The notes under the pieces: model-generated | Told to the model about the DNA's origin: nothing | The model's input: only the letters and a program-made list of their open reading frames with translations | Database searches by the model: none | Assembly: GCA_020062425.1 (NCBI GenBank) | Contig: JAGUWJ010000022.1 | Coordinates: 1-63,142, forward strand | Origin: Actinomycetota bacterium | GTDB lineage: Bacteria; Actinomycetota; Geothermincolia; Fen-727; Anoxymicrobiaceae | DNA: 63,142 nt | Direction of reading: 5' to 3' | Translations under genes and position numbers: made by a program | In this document: positions 8,449 through 18,470 of the stretch, in pieces | How the letters are laid out: each line of letters begins with the position of its first letter | Position numbering within the stretch: position 1 is the stretch's first letter

Positions 8449-9777
8449 ATGGGCCAGAACCGCACCATATACGTGATAGACGTGACCAACAGGGACGGGG
8501 TACAGACTTCCCAGCTGGGCCTGGCTAAGATAGAGAAGACCATCATCAATATGTACCTGGACCAGATGGGCGTCTTCCAGAGCGAAGCCGGTTTCCCCAC
8601 CACAAACCACGAGACCAACTACCTGCGGGGCAACCTGGAACTGGTGGAGACGGGAGCCATAAAGCGGCTGCGCATCTCCGGCTGGCTCAGGGCCATCAAG
8701 GCCGACATCCACCTGGCGCGCGAGATGGTGCCTGAGCTCAAGCACATCAATATATCCATCTCCACCTCCCCCCAGATGATAAACGGCAAGTGGCAGGGTC
8801 AGCGCACGTTCGACGACGTCAACAACAGCATGCGCGAGGCTCTGGAGATGGCCCTCGAGCACGGTTTCGAGACCGTGGGCGTCAACGCCGAGGACGGCTC
8901 GCGCACACCCATGGACGACCTGATCAAGTTCGCGGCCACGGCCAAGGAAGCGGGGGCCACAAGGATCCGTTACTGCGACACCCTGGGCTATGACGACCCG
9001 TTCACCATCTACGACAGGATGAAGACGCTGGCCGAAGAGGTAGGCATAGATCTGGAGCTGCACTGCCACAACGACCTCGGCCTCGCTGTGGCCTGCACCG
9101 TGGCTGGAGCCGCGGGCGCCATCGACGGCGGCGTGGACGCCTATATCAATACCACCATCAACGGCATCGGCGAGCGTGCCGGCAACGCGGACATGATCTC
9201 CTGCCTGCTGGCGATCAAGAAGTCGAGCGGTATGGCCGGGCGCTACAGGCTCGATCCCAGCATCGACATGAAATGCAGCTGGAGGCTCGCCAAGTACTCC
9301 TCCTACGCCTTCCGCGTGCCCATACCCATTAACCAGGTCGGGGTCGGCCAGAACGCGTTCGCTCACGAATCGGGCATACACGCCGACGGTGCGCTGAAAG
9401 ACAGGCGCAACTACGAGCTGTACGACTGCGAAGAGTTGGGCAGGGGCGAGCCGGAGTTCATCGAGACGGGCCGCATGATAACCACGGGGGCGTACGGCGG
9501 CATCAAGGGTTTCCGGAACGTTTACGACAGGCTCGAGATAGAGTTCCGTTCCGACGAGGAAGCCAGAGAGATACTGGACCTGGTGAGGCTAGCCAACGTC
9601 ACCACCGGAAAGCCGCTCACAGAGGACGAGCTCAAGTTCGTGGCGCAGAACCCCCAGCAGGCCAGAAAGATATTGACGCTCTCGCTCTACCAGGAGCCGG
9701 AGATCCTCGAGGAGAGGACACGCGTCACCAGGAAGGTCGGTTTTCCGTGGGAGAAGACCTCGAGCCCCAAGACCTGA
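8449..9777 (+). CDS. DRE-TIM metallolyase of the homocitrate / isopropylmalate / Re-citrate synthase family
   Basis: 442 aa. N-terminal DVTNRDGVQ motif, HCHNDLGLA, and NGIGERAGNA typical of HMGL-like synthases. Confidence 0.75.
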   Translation: MGQNRTIYVIDVTNRDGVQTSQLGLAKIEKTIINMYLDQMGVFQSEAGFPTTNHETNYLRGNLELVETGAIKRLRISGWLRAIKADIHLAREMVPELKHINISISTSPQMINGKWQGQRTFDDVNNSMREALEMALEHGFETVGVNAEDGSRTPMDDLIKFAATAKEAGATRIRYCDTLGYDDPFTIYDRMKTLAEEVGIDLELHCHNDLGLAVACTVAGAAGAIDGGVDAYINTTINGIGERAGNADMISCLLAIKKSSGMAGRYRLDPSIDMKCSWRLAKYSSYAFRVPIPINQVGVGQNAFAHESGIHADGALKDRRNYELYDCEELGRGEPEFIETGRMITTGAYGGIKGFRNVYDRLEIEFRSDEEAREILDLVRLANVTTGKPLTEDELKFVAQNPQQARKILTLSLYQEPEILEERTRVTRKVGFPWEKTSSPKT

Positions 9778-9837
9778 ACGGGCCCGCAGCGCGGTCCCGT
9801 GCCGCCACACATTCGATCTGAGGCGGGAGGCATATAC

Positions 9838-10245
9838 TTGGAAGTAAGCGACGAGGTATGGGATATCGTCAACCTGCGGAAGCCAACCATGGGTTTTCTG
9901 GCCACCGCCGACGGCCGGGGCAGGTGCAACGCGGCCTGTATCGGTTCTCTTCAGCTCTCCGACCGCGGCACCATGACCATGTTCGTCGGTGATAACAGGA
10001 CGCTCCGCAACCTCAAAGAGAATCCCAGCGCTGTTTTTATCACCTCCACGGGAGGGGATATCGAGAATGTGAACGGCTGCAGGATCTACCTGGAGGTCAC
10101 CGGCATCGTGGAGGAGGGCCCCGTCATCGAGAAGGGCCGTGCCATGATGGCCGAAGCCGTGGACGGCAATGTGGCGTTAGAGATGAAGGCGTTTGTGACC
10201 TTCGACGTGAAGGAAGTAAGGCCCCTGCTCGGGACCGAACCGTAG
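9838..10245 (+). CDS. pyridoxamine 5'-phosphate oxidase-related FMN-binding split-barrel protein
   Basis: The ORF opens at GTG 9799. TTG 9838 lies 7 nt after GGGAGG. FLATADGRGRCNAA plus beta-rich sequence resembles the PNPOx-like fold. The start is uncertain. Confidence 0.55.
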   Translation: MEVSDEVWDIVNLRKPTMGFLATADGRGRCNAACIGSLQLSDRGTMTMFVGDNRTLRNLKENPSAVFITSTGGDIENVNGCRIYLEVTGIVEEGPVIEKGRAMMAEAVDGNVALEMKAFVTFDVKEVRPLLGTEP

Positions 10246-10350
10246 AGACCAGCCCTCGCCGACAACCGCCCGCGCCCCCCGGAATCCGGCGCTGTGCCTG
10301 ACCGCGGCGGCCCTGGGAGGAGGAGGACACCGGTGGACGACATCATCTGG

Positions 10351-11745
10351 ATGAGCGCGCACGAGCTGTTGGAATCCTACCGGGCCTCCAGGCTCTCACC
10401 CGTTGAGGTCCTGGGCGCCGTGCTCGAGCGTGTCGAACGGGTCAACCCCGCCATCAACGCTGTCGTGACCCTCACCGCGGATCTCGCCCAGGAACAGGCC
10501 AGGGCTTCTGAAGAGGCCTACCGGAACGGCACCGCCCGCGCCCTCGAAGGTGTGCCCGTTACGATCAAGGACCTCATCCACGTGAAGGGCGTCCGCAACA
10601 CTTACGGCTCCAGGCTCTTCGAGGATTTCGTGGCCGGTGAAGACGCCGTCCTGGTGGAGAGGCTCAAAGGTTCCGGCGCCGTCATCGTGGGAAAGACGAA
10701 CACCCCCGAGTTCGGCCTGGTGGCGGTGACCGACAACCTCGTGTTCGGGCCGTCCCGGAACCCGTGGGACATCTCCAAGACCACCGGCGGGTCGAGTGGC
10801 GGAGCAGCCGCCAGCGTTGTCGCCGGCTTCGGTCCCCTGGCGGCGGGAAACGACGGCGGCGGGTCGATCCGGATACCGGCCAGCCTCTGCGGAGCGTTCG
10901 GTCTGAAGCCGCAGTTCGGGAGGGTGCCTTCCTATCCGTATTCGCTGCACGGCTGGGACACCATGAACCACGAGGGGCCTATCACCAGGACCGTGGCGGA
11001 CGCGGCGCTGATGCTGAACGTGATGGCGGGGCCCGATGAGAGGGACCGGAGGACCCTGCCGGCGTCAGGCGTGGATTACCTGGAGGGGCTCGATGATGGG
11101 ATAGAAGGGCTGCGTGTCGCTTACACTTGCGACCTCTCCGCTCCGGCGGTTGATCCCGAGGTGGCGGAGATAACACGAAAAGCGGCCTTCGCCATGAGCG
11201 AGCTGGGATGCGAGGTGGCCGAGGAAGACCCCGGGATAATGGACATGTCCGGTGACCTGACTATGCTGGTCATAGCCGAGCAGGCCGCGGTGCACTCCGA
11301 GAACCTGGACGAAGACCTCGAGAAGATGTACCCGGCCTTCGCGCCGTTCATAATGCTCGAGCCGTCGCTGGACGCGGCGGACATCGCGCGGATCGCCTTC
11401 CATCGCGAGGACATCTGGGACAGGCTCTGGCGTTTCTTCTCCAGATACGACCTGCTTCTCACCCCTACGACCGCATGCGCGGCTTTCGATCTCAAAGAGG
11501 GTCCCATGACCTGCCCCGACGAGATAAACGGGATCCCCATGACCCCCGCCAACTGGATCGCTTTTACCCACCCTTTCAACTTCACGGGCCAGCCCGCCGC
11601 TTCCGTCCCCTGCGGCTTCACGGCCTCGGGACTGCCCGTGGGTCTGCAGATAGTGGGCCGCCGGTACGATGAGACTACGGTGCTCAGGGCGTCGGCGGCG
11701 TTCGAGAATGCTTTTCCCTGGTCGGGCAGACACCCCGATATCTGA
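10351..11745 (+). CDS. amidase (amidase-signature family, GatA-like)
   Basis: GGSSGGAAASV signature with a downstream GNDGGGSIRIPA motif. ATG 10351 is preferred over 10294. Confidence 0.85.
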   Translation: MSAHELLESYRASRLSPVEVLGAVLERVERVNPAINAVVTLTADLAQEQARASEEAYRNGTARALEGVPVTIKDLIHVKGVRNTYGSRLFEDFVAGEDAVLVERLKGSGAVIVGKTNTPEFGLVAVTDNLVFGPSRNPWDISKTTGGSSGGAAASVVAGFGPLAAGNDGGGSIRIPASLCGAFGLKPQFGRVPSYPYSLHGWDTMNHEGPITRTVADAALMLNVMAGPDERDRRTLPASGVDYLEGLDDGIEGLRVAYTCDLSAPAVDPEVAEITRKAAFAMSELGCEVAEEDPGIMDMSGDLTMLVIAEQAAVHSENLDEDLEKMYPAFAPFIMLEPSLDAADIARIAFHREDIWDRLWRFFSRYDLLLTPTTACAAFDLKEGPMTCPDEINGIPMTPANWIAFTHPFNFTGQPAASVPCGFTASGLPVGLQIVGRRYDETTVLRASAAFENAFPWSGRHPDI

Positions 11746-11899
11746 GCCGGCTGATCCGTGGTCCCGCGTTCAGTTATGTAGGCCGGGTTCCGATAAGAGT
11801 CTTGGAACCGGTATGAACTGAAGGCCTGGTCGATTCCGGACATCGCGCCTGCGTGCGAGCGGGTCTTTCTAGTTCTACAATGGGTGTGGAGGGATATTC

Positions 11900-13363
11900 T
11901 TGAAGGCGTATCGCATCGTCTATCTTGGCAGCGACAGCGACTTCCTGTCGAGCTTGGAGAGCTCGCTCCAACAGGTGGGGTGGCCCATCTTGCGTGAGCC
12001 CGGTGATGCCGATGGGACAAGAAGAGCGCTTACCTTCAACCCGGATCTCGTACTGTGGGACTGCGACAACGACCAGCCGGGTGAGGGTTTCCCCCTGGAG
12101 ATGCTGAGAGGTGCGGGCTTCACCACTCAGCCGGTGATGTCGGTCGTGCGAAGGGACGATCCGCGGAGCACTATAAACAGCCTGGCGGGTGGAGCGGCCG
12201 ACTACATAGCAAAACCTCTGTCCGAGATGCCGGTGCCGAGACTTCTCGCCGCGCTCAACTCGGGGCGCAGGCAGCTCAGGATAGACTGGTTCGGCCGGGT
12301 GGTGGATGAGTCGAACAACCAGGTCAAGGGGATGCTGGCCAACCTTTCTGATCCCGCTTACGTGGTCAAACCCGATTACCAGATACTCTGGATGAACAGG
12401 GCCGCCGAGGAGATCTTCGGGGAGGGTCAGAGGGGGGGGACCTGCCACCATGTCTTCTACGAGCGGACCGAACCGTGCGAGGCCTGCGCCAAGAGTGAGG
12501 GCATGGCAAGGTGGAGGGCCGCGCTCAAGAACGGCAAGACCTACAGGTTCGTCTCCGTGCTGGCGAGGAACGGGAAAGGCGAGATAGAGAGGGTGGTTGC
12601 CGGCACCGATATCACTCCGGATGAGGAGGTTCAGAAGATACACAAGACCTTCGTGGCTAACGTGAGCCACGACCTCAGAACCCCCCTGGCCGCGATCGAC
12701 CAATACGTGAGTATACTCAATGACGGCCTCGCCGGTGAACTCACCGACGAGCAGAAAGCTTATATTGATATCATCCAGAGGAGCAGCTTCAGGTTGCACA
12801 ACCTGGTGGAGAACCTGATCGATGCCAACAAGATACTATCCGGCGAGTTCAAGCTGAGGATGGAAGTTGTCAAGATCGAGGATGTGTTGGGGCTGGTGCT
12901 CGAGAGTCTCAAGGCCCAGGCCGCCGACCGCGGTCTCGAGATACAGACACAGGTCGCGGAAGCCCTGCCGCCGGTCTATGTAGACAGGGCTCGCATCGCC
13001 CAGGTCATCGCGAACATAGCCGGCAACAGCATCAAGTTCACCGAGCAGGGAATGATCCAGATAAGAGCCGGTTTCATGCCCCGGGACGACGGCAAGGTGA
13101 TGGTGTCCGTAGAGGACACCGGCATCGGGATACCGCGCGAGGACCTGGGGAAGATATTCGAGCTTTTCTACCGGGTGGAGAACGATCAGGTCTACGTCGA
13201 AGAGGGGGCGGGACTGGGTCTGTCGATAAGCAGGGAGATAATCCGGACGCACGGCGGCACATTGTGGGCGGAGAGCATGGAGGGCGCGGGCAGCGCCTTC
13301 CACTTCACCCTTCCGGTGCACTCAGGGGAGCGCCAGGATGCGGCCGGCGCGCAGGGCCTCTAG
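11900..13363 (+). CDS. hybrid REC-PAS-HisKA-HATPase sensor histidine kinase
   Basis: TTG start. N-terminal receiver-like domain (LVLWDCD, AADYIAKP). PAS domain with a CHH...CEAC motif. H-box VSHDLRTPL. G-boxes DTGIGI and GAGLGLSI. Confidence 0.85.
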   Translation: MKAYRIVYLGSDSDFLSSLESSLQQVGWPILREPGDADGTRRALTFNPDLVLWDCDNDQPGEGFPLEMLRGAGFTTQPVMSVVRRDDPRSTINSLAGGAADYIAKPLSEMPVPRLLAALNSGRRQLRIDWFGRVVDESNNQVKGMLANLSDPAYVVKPDYQILWMNRAAEEIFGEGQRGGTCHHVFYERTEPCEACAKSEGMARWRAALKNGKTYRFVSVLARNGKGEIERVVAGTDITPDEEVQKIHKTFVANVSHDLRTPLAAIDQYVSILNDGLAGELTDEQKAYIDIIQRSSFRLHNLVENLIDANKILSGEFKLRMEVVKIEDVLGLVLESLKAQAADRGLEIQTQVAEALPPVYVDRARIAQVIANIAGNSIKFTEQGMIQIRAGFMPRDDGKVMVSVEDTGIGIPREDLGKIFELFYRVENDQVYVEEGAGLGLSISREIIRTHGGTLWAESMEGAGSAFHFTLPVHSGERQDAAGAQGL

Positions 13364-13392
13364 AGGCACCACGGGCGAGGAAGGAGCTGGAA

Positions 13393-13770
13393 TTGACCGA
13401 GGAGCAGAAAGTCATTCTGGTCGCCGATGACGACAAGGACCTCGTCACGGCGCTCAGCATCAGGCTCCGCGCGCAGGGCCATCTGGTCGTCGAAGCCTAC
13501 GATGGTGAGCAGGCCTTCCAGGTCGCCCAGGAGAACAAGCCAGACCTGGTCATCCTGGATGTGCGGATGCCCGCCGGGGGAGGCTTCGCGGCGATCGACA
13601 AGATCAAGCACTCTCTATCCACCAGGGCCGTACCGGTGATCTTTCTCACCGCTTTCGACGATGAGGAGATGAGGGAGCACGCCAGGCAGCTCGGCGCCGT
13701 CGGGTTCTTCAGAAAGCCGTTCGACGACGGGGAGTTCATGGGCGCCATCAACAGTGCCCTGGGGTCCTAG
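13393..13770 (+). CDS. single-domain CheY-like response regulator
   Basis: TTG 13393 follows AGGAAGGAG. ILVADDD, DLVILDVRMP and FFRKP receiver motifs. Confidence 0.8.
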   Translation: MTEEQKVILVADDDKDLVTALSIRLRAQGHLVVEAYDGEQAFQVAQENKPDLVILDVRMPAGGGFAAIDKIKHSLSTRAVPVIFLTAFDDEEMREHARQLGAVGFFRKPFDDGEFMGAINSALGS

Positions 13771-13794
13771 CGCCCTCCCACCGGCAACCGGACC

Positions 13795-14904
13795 TTAATC
13801 CTCCAAGGTGATCAGTTCGTATTCCCTGCTGCCCAGGCCGATCTCTTCAGCGTAAGCCAGCTGGCGGTTCCAGCTTTCCCCCTGAGCCCCGAGAAAAGTG
13901 TCGGATGAGCCGCCGGCCCCTTCCGCGAGCGCCTGCTTCTCGAGCGAGCGGATGACCAGGTCGCCCGAGGCCTGATCCAGGGCCACCGGGTCCAGCGATG
14001 CCAGGAACCCTATATCAGCGACAGCCGGCGCCGCGCTGAAGTTCCAGCAGTCGCAGGTGGGGGTGATGTTGGTGAGGAAGCTCCAGAAGCCTGCGCGCCC
14101 CTGCTTGTTGGCCAGGACGCCTTTGGTTATCTCGGCCAGCTTCTCCTGGGCTTCCCTGGGATCACCGTGCCACATCACCTTGATCGCGTGCTCCGGGCAG
14201 ATGGCAACACATTCACCGCACCCGTAACAAACGTCGTTGTCGAAGACTATGAGGTTATCCTCGAGACTGATAGCCCCGGTCGGGCAGTTCTCGAGGCACG
14301 CCTCGCAACGGGTGCACTTGTCTTCCTTCAATGACGGTCTCACCTGGGAGTGCACGGCCATCTTCATCCGCCTGCCCGCCGCGCCCATGCCGAGGTTCTT
14401 TATGGTCCCGGCGAAACCCGTCAGCACGTGTCCGGTGATATGGGTTATGACCATCATGCTGCCCGCATCGTGTATCGCGCCCGCCACGTCTATGGAGTCG
14501 AAGTGCTTGAGTCCTACCTGCACGTGTATGACATCGCTCCCCCGCAACCCGTCGGCTATCAGAACAGGAGCACCAGCGGTTGCGCGGTTGAAGCCGTGCT
14601 CCTCGGCCACTATCAGGTGGTCGCGGGCGTTATAGCGCTTGCTGAAGTAGAGACAGCCCGTGTCGGTCAGGAACGGGCGACCGTTGAGCTTCTCCACTTC
14701 ATCCACGATCGGGCGTATGTAGTGAGGCTGGACGCGTGAGGTGTTGCCGGGCTCGCCGAAATGGACCTTGAAGGCCACCAGGTCCCGCTCCCCTATGACT
14801 TCAGAGAATCCAGCCGCCTCGAACAGCGCGCGAATCTTGTCCAGCGGTCCCTGCTTCACGTTTCCGCCGACCGTTGCAAAACAGACCTTCGAAGACAATA
14901 TCAT
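13795..14904 (-). CDS. DUF362 domain protein with an inserted 2x[4Fe-4S] ferredoxin domain
   Basis: 369 aa. CTRCEACLENCP and CYGCGECVAICP motifs inside DUF362-like sequence (VAFKVHFGEPGN). Confidence 0.75.
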   Translation of the reverse strand: MILSSKVCFATVGGNVKQGPLDKIRALFEAAGFSEVIGERDLVAFKVHFGEPGNTSRVQPHYIRPIVDEVEKLNGRPFLTDTGCLYFSKRYNARDHLIVAEEHGFNRATAGAPVLIADGLRGSDVIHVQVGLKHFDSIDVAGAIHDAGSMMVITHITGHVLTGFAGTIKNLGMGAAGRRMKMAVHSQVRPSLKEDKCTRCEACLENCPTGAISLEDNLIVFDNDVCYGCGECVAICPEHAIKVMWHGDPREAQEKLAEITKGVLANKQGRAGFWSFLTNITPTCDCWNFSAAPAVADIGFLASLDPVALDQASGDLVIRSLEKQALAEGAGGSSDTFLGAQGESWNRQLAYAEEIGLGSREYELITLED

Positions 14905-15012
14905 CCCCTCCTCGTGGAAGTCGCCCGGGCTTGCGCTACTTCATTCTCGACCTCGAAGGGGCTTTCCTGCCGGTGCCTCTAAGACGGGGTGGATCAGGCG
15001 CGCCCACCGCGC

Positions 15013-15384
15013 TCAGGGCATCGACTCCAGGAACCCCACCAGCTTGTCGAGGGTCTCGTCGCTTATCACGTGCTCAATCTCGCAGGCGTCTCTGTCGGCC
15101 ACATCGTCATCCACGCGGAGGACGTTGGTGAAGAACTCCCTGATGACCACGTGCTTCCTGTCGAGCCCCTTGGCTATACGTAGCCCCATGGCCGTAAGCT
15201 CTATATGCTGGTACTTGTCGTGCGTTACGAGCGAATTGTCCACCAGCTTGTCGACCATCTCCGAGACGCTCGGGTAGGATATGCCCAGGAGGTTGGCGAT
15301 GTCCTTGACACGCACCTCATCGCCTCCCCGCGCAACCTCGTAGATAACCTCTAGGTATCTCTCGAACGTTCCGCTGTTGCCCAT
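15013..15384 (-). CDS. DtxR/IdeR-family metal-dependent transcriptional repressor (short form)
   Basis: 123 aa. N-terminal wHTH (YLEVIYE...VRVKDIANLLGISYPSVSEMV) and a dimerisation helix. TGATG junction with feoC. Confidence 0.8.
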   Translation of the reverse strand: MGNSGTFERYLEVIYEVARGGDEVRVKDIANLLGISYPSVSEMVDKLVDNSLVTHDKYQHIELTAMGLRIAKGLDRKHVVIREFFTNVLRVDDDVADRDACEIEHVISDETLDKLVGFLESMP

Positions 15385-15635
15385 CAGGACGCGCCTCCTT
15401 CATCACTGCTCGCGCAGGATGCCCGGAATACGCAAGCGGCACAGGTCATTTCACCGCACTCCCGGCATCCCTGGTCCGGGCGGTAGATGGCGAGCTTCCC
15501 CTTTCTTTCCAGGAACTCCAGCATGCCCATAAGGGCCCCCTCCTCGGTCCCAAGCCGCCCGGCCAGTTCCCTGGTCGTGATCGGCCCCTTGTTCACTTCG
15601 AGTTCTTTCAGGATCTCCTCGAGCACTGCGATCAC
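15384..15635 (-). CDS. feoC: FeoC-like winged-helix protein with a C-terminal Cys cluster
   Basis: 83 aa. GTG overlaps the feoB stop (GTGA). [11 protein letters not shown] wHTH. The C-terminal stretch [18 protein letters not shown] is Cys-rich. Confidence 0.6.
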   Translation of the reverse strand: MIAVLEEILKELEVNKGPITTRELAGRLGTEEGALMGMLEFLERKGKLAIYRPDQGCRECGEMTCAACVFRASCASSDEGGAS

Positions 15636-17680
15636 CCTCCGAAGCCCAGCAGCAGACCGACCCTGTAGATGATGAAAGCCATGACCCAGGCCAGCACCAG
15701 CGAGTAGGCCACCGCGAAGGCTGCCCATTTCCAGGAGTTGGTCTCCCTGCGGATGACCGCCACGGTCGCCAGGCACGGCGTATAGAGCAGGGTAAAGGCC
15801 ATGAAGGAATAAGCCGTTAGCGGCGTGAATATCCCCTGAAGCCCTTCGGATATGGCGGTAGAGTTATCACCGACCCCCAGAATCGCACCGTAAGTGCTGA
15901 CCACTATCTCTTTGGCCACGAAACCGAAGAGGAGGGCTACGGCCGCCGTCCAGTCGAACCCGAGCGGCTTGACCAGGGGCTCCAGCGCGCGACCCAGCAT
16001 CCCCACCAGGCTCTCGCTCCCAGCGTACTCGGCTCCTGTGGGGAAGTAGGAAAGGAGCCAGATGACGACCGACCCGGCCAGTATCACGGTGCCGGCCTTA
16101 CGCAGGAACAGCGAGCCCCGGTCCCACATGTGTATCAGGGTCCCCTTGGGGGTGGGCCACCTGTAGGGCGGCAGCTCCATGACGAACGGCTCGCTCTCAC
16201 CGGGGAACAGGAACTTACGGAAGAGCTTCGCCAGCAGCACCGCCAGCAGTATGCCCATGAAGTAGAGAGAGAACACCACTATCCCCTGGTTGGCGGCGAA
16301 GAACGCCGCAGTGAAGAGCGCGTATACCGGAAGCCTGGCGCTGCATGACATCAGGGGGTTCACCAGGATGGTTATCATCCTGTCCCTTTCGCTCTCCAGG
16401 GTCCGGGTCGCCATGACCCCTGGAACGTTGCACCCGAAGCCCATGAGCATGGGGATGAACGACTTCCCGTGGAGGCCCAGCCAGTGCATCACCCGGTCCA
16501 TAATGAAGGCGGCCCTGGCCATGTAACCGGTATCCTCGAGGATGGATATGCACAGGAAGATTATAAATATCTGGGGCAGGAAGACCAGCACCGATCCCAC
16601 GCCGCCTACCACACCGTCCGAGAGCAGTGAGCCGAGCCATGCGGGGGAGGTGAGGTTGGAGGATATGAGGTCCGCCAGGCCGGATACGAGCACCTCGATG
16701 ACCCTGGTGAGGTACTTGCCCAGGAAGAAGGTGAGGAAGAACATCAGCCACATGAAGAAAGCGAAGATGGGGAAGCCCAGGATGCGGTTGGTAAGTATGT
16801 TGTCTATGCGGTCCGAGGTCGTCAGAGGCTCGTCGAAGCGCCGCTTCACGGCTTCGCGCACCACTCCCGCCACGAAGCCGTAGCGCATGTCAACGATCAC
16901 CGTCTCGATATCCTCGCCATATATCGTGTTGAGGTGCTTCCTGCTCTCGTCCAGTTGCCTGAAGGCGGCGCAGTCCTGCCCGCAGAAAGAAGCGATGTCT
17001 TTCTCGACGCGTTCGTCCTCCTCCAGCAATTTGACCGCCAGCCACCTTGGTGAGTACCTGCCGAGCAGTTCGCTGGAGAGGTCGGGCTCCGCCACGAGGG
17101 CGGCCTCGAGCTTCTCGATTTCCTCCTCGACCTCCCAGCCGTAGTTGACCGTTATCCTGCGGAAGCGGACCTCGCCGTCCGCGGCGGCGAGGATAGAGCC
17201 CTTGAGTTCAGTCGTACCCTGGTTGCGGAAGCCAACAGTTCCCACCACCGGCAGGCCGAGTAGCTCTGAGAGGAGCTCGATGTTGATGCCGACTCCGCGA
17301 CTCTCCGCAACGTCCGTCATATTAAGCGCTAGGATGACCGGAACCCCGAGTTCCATCAGCTGGGTGGTGAGGTAGAGGTTTCTTTCGATGTTGCTGGCGT
17401 CGACAACGTCGACCACCACATCGGGCCTTTCGGAGGCGATGAAGTCCCTTACTATGACCTCTTCCAGGGAGTAGGCGGTCAAACTGTAGGTGCCGGGCAG
17501 GTCGACCACGTTGAAGGAGCGTTCCTCATGGCGGGCGGTGCCCTCCTTTTTCTCGACGGTGACCCCCGGCCAGTTGCCTACGTGCTGCCTCGAGCCGGTA
17601 AGGTTGTTGAAGATGGTGGTCTTGCCGGCGTTGGGGTTGCCGGCAAGCGCAACGGTGATCCGGGCTGATTCCGACATCAT
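15632..17680 (-). CDS. feoB: ferrous iron transporter FeoB
   Basis: 682 aa. N-terminal G-domain [13 protein letters not shown] and NMTD. Polytopic C-terminal permease. Confidence 0.95.
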   Translation of the reverse strand: MMSESARITVALAGNPNAGKTTIFNNLTGSRQHVGNWPGVTVEKKEGTARHEERSFNVVDLPGTYSLTAYSLEEVIVRDFIASERPDVVVDVVDASNIERNLYLTTQLMELGVPVILALNMTDVAESRGVGINIELLSELLGLPVVGTVGFRNQGTTELKGSILAAADGEVRFRRITVNYGWEVEEEIEKLEAALVAEPDLSSELLGRYSPRWLAVKLLEEDERVEKDIASFCGQDCAAFRQLDESRKHLNTIYGEDIETVIVDMRYGFVAGVVREAVKRRFDEPLTTSDRIDNILTNRILGFPIFAFFMWLMFFLTFFLGKYLTRVIEVLVSGLADLISSNLTSPAWLGSLLSDGVVGGVGSVLVFLPQIFIIFLCISILEDTGYMARAAFIMDRVMHWLGLHGKSFIPMLMGFGCNVPGVMATRTLESERDRMITILVNPLMSCSARLPVYALFTAAFFAANQGIVVFSLYFMGILLAVLLAKLFRKFLFPGESEPFVMELPPYRWPTPKGTLIHMWDRGSLFLRKAGTVILAGSVVIWLLSYFPTGAEYAGSESLVGMLGRALEPLVKPLGFDWTAAVALLFGFVAKEIVVSTYGAILGVGDNSTAISEGLQGIFTPLTAYSFMAFTLLYTPCLATVAVIRRETNSWKWAAFAVAYSLVLAWVMAFIIYRVGLLLGFGG

Positions 17681-17691
17681 GGCGACCCCGG

Positions 17692-18063
17692 TCAGCTTTC
17701 TTGCAGAGGGGTTTCAGCGGCGCACACGTCCCCCTGGTCGGGCCTGATCATCACCTTCGAGGCTATCCCCCTTCCGAGGCACAGCCTGGTACCCCTGACC
17801 GCGACTATCAGAGGGCCCGGCGCATCGTTCTTCAGCACTTTAACCCGTTCCCCCCTGACGAGGCCCATATGGTTGAGCCTGTGTTCGAGCCTGTGGCCGC
17901 GGTCGGCATGGAAGAGGTGGCCCCGGCGGTAAGACTTCGACGGGCCGGCGTGGGTCCTTGCCGGGCCGCCCTGCCCGTGGTGCCGCAAGCCCCGGATATC
18001 CTCGAGCACACCGCTGTCACCAGGGCACATGAACCCCAGCGGTATCAATCCGTCAGCTCCCAT
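17692..18063 (-). CDS. feoA: FeoA-domain protein with a His-rich internal insertion
   Basis: FeoA SH3-like motifs (PGDSGVL..., [34 protein letters not shown]) interrupted by [13 protein letters not shown]...[17 protein letters not shown]. Confidence 0.7.
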   Translation of the reverse strand: MGADGLIPLGFMCPGDSGVLEDIRGLRHHGQGGPARTHAGPSKSYRRGHLFHADRGHRLEHRLNHMGLVRGERVKVLKNDAPGPLIVAVRGTRLCLGRGIASKVMIRPDQGDVCAAETPLQES

Positions 18064-18394
18064 CCTCCTGCACCTCCACCCAGATATCGCCCGCCTCGTC
18101 CTTGCGGAGTGAGAGGTGAAAGCCTTTGAGCTTCAGCTCTATCGGATCGCCCAGGGGGGCGACGCGCTCGATCTCGACCGCTGTGCCTGACACGACACCC
18201 ATGTCCATGAGCCGTCGCCGTAACTGACGCTTGCATGAGAGCTTGTGTATGCTCCCGGTGCATCCGGGGGGCAGGTCTCTGAGTCTCACTATCCTTGAAT
18301 TGCCGGGTCCCCGCGGGCCGCCCGTAACCTTGTGCTGCTCGCCCGGAACAAAGGGCGCGCTTTCCTCGGCGCCTCTTCTGTGTCTATGTTTCAT
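18053..18394 (-). CDS. feoA: FeoA-domain protein
   Basis: LRDLPPG..., RRRLMDMGVVSGTAVEIERVAPLGDPIELKLKGFHLSLRKDEA. ATG 18394 with AGGA 8 nt upstream is preferred over GTG 18451. Confidence 0.7.
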   Translation of the reverse strand: MKHRHRRGAEESAPFVPGEQHKVTGGPRGPGNSRIVRLRDLPPGCTGSIHKLSCKRQLRRRLMDMGVVSGTAVEIERVAPLGDPIELKLKGFHLSLRKDEAGDIWVEVQEDGS

Positions 18395-18416
18395 ATCAAG
18401 TATCCTGCTCAATGAT

Positions 18417-18470
18417 TTAGGCACACCTAACTTATAGCACGAGGTTAGCACCGGTATGTCAGGGTGTCAA
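18417..18470 (-). promoter_or_regulatory. candidate feo promoter (TTGACA-17-TAACCT) and a palindromic DtxR-type operator TTAGGTGTGCCTAA
   Basis: Read on the minus strand: TTGACA at 18470-18465, TAACCT at 18447-18442, and a perfect palindrome TTAGG-N4-CCTAA at 18430-18417, 23 nt upstream of the feoA ATG. Confidence 0.4.

Noticed and set aside
11769-11822. A long imperfect hairpin (TTCAGTTAT...CCGGGTTCC...GGAACCGG...ATGAACTGAA) after the amidase gene.
   Set aside because: It is most simply a factor-independent or weak terminator for the amidase gene. It has a bulged stem, no T-tract and no second copy in the window, so it is not reported as a repeat element.
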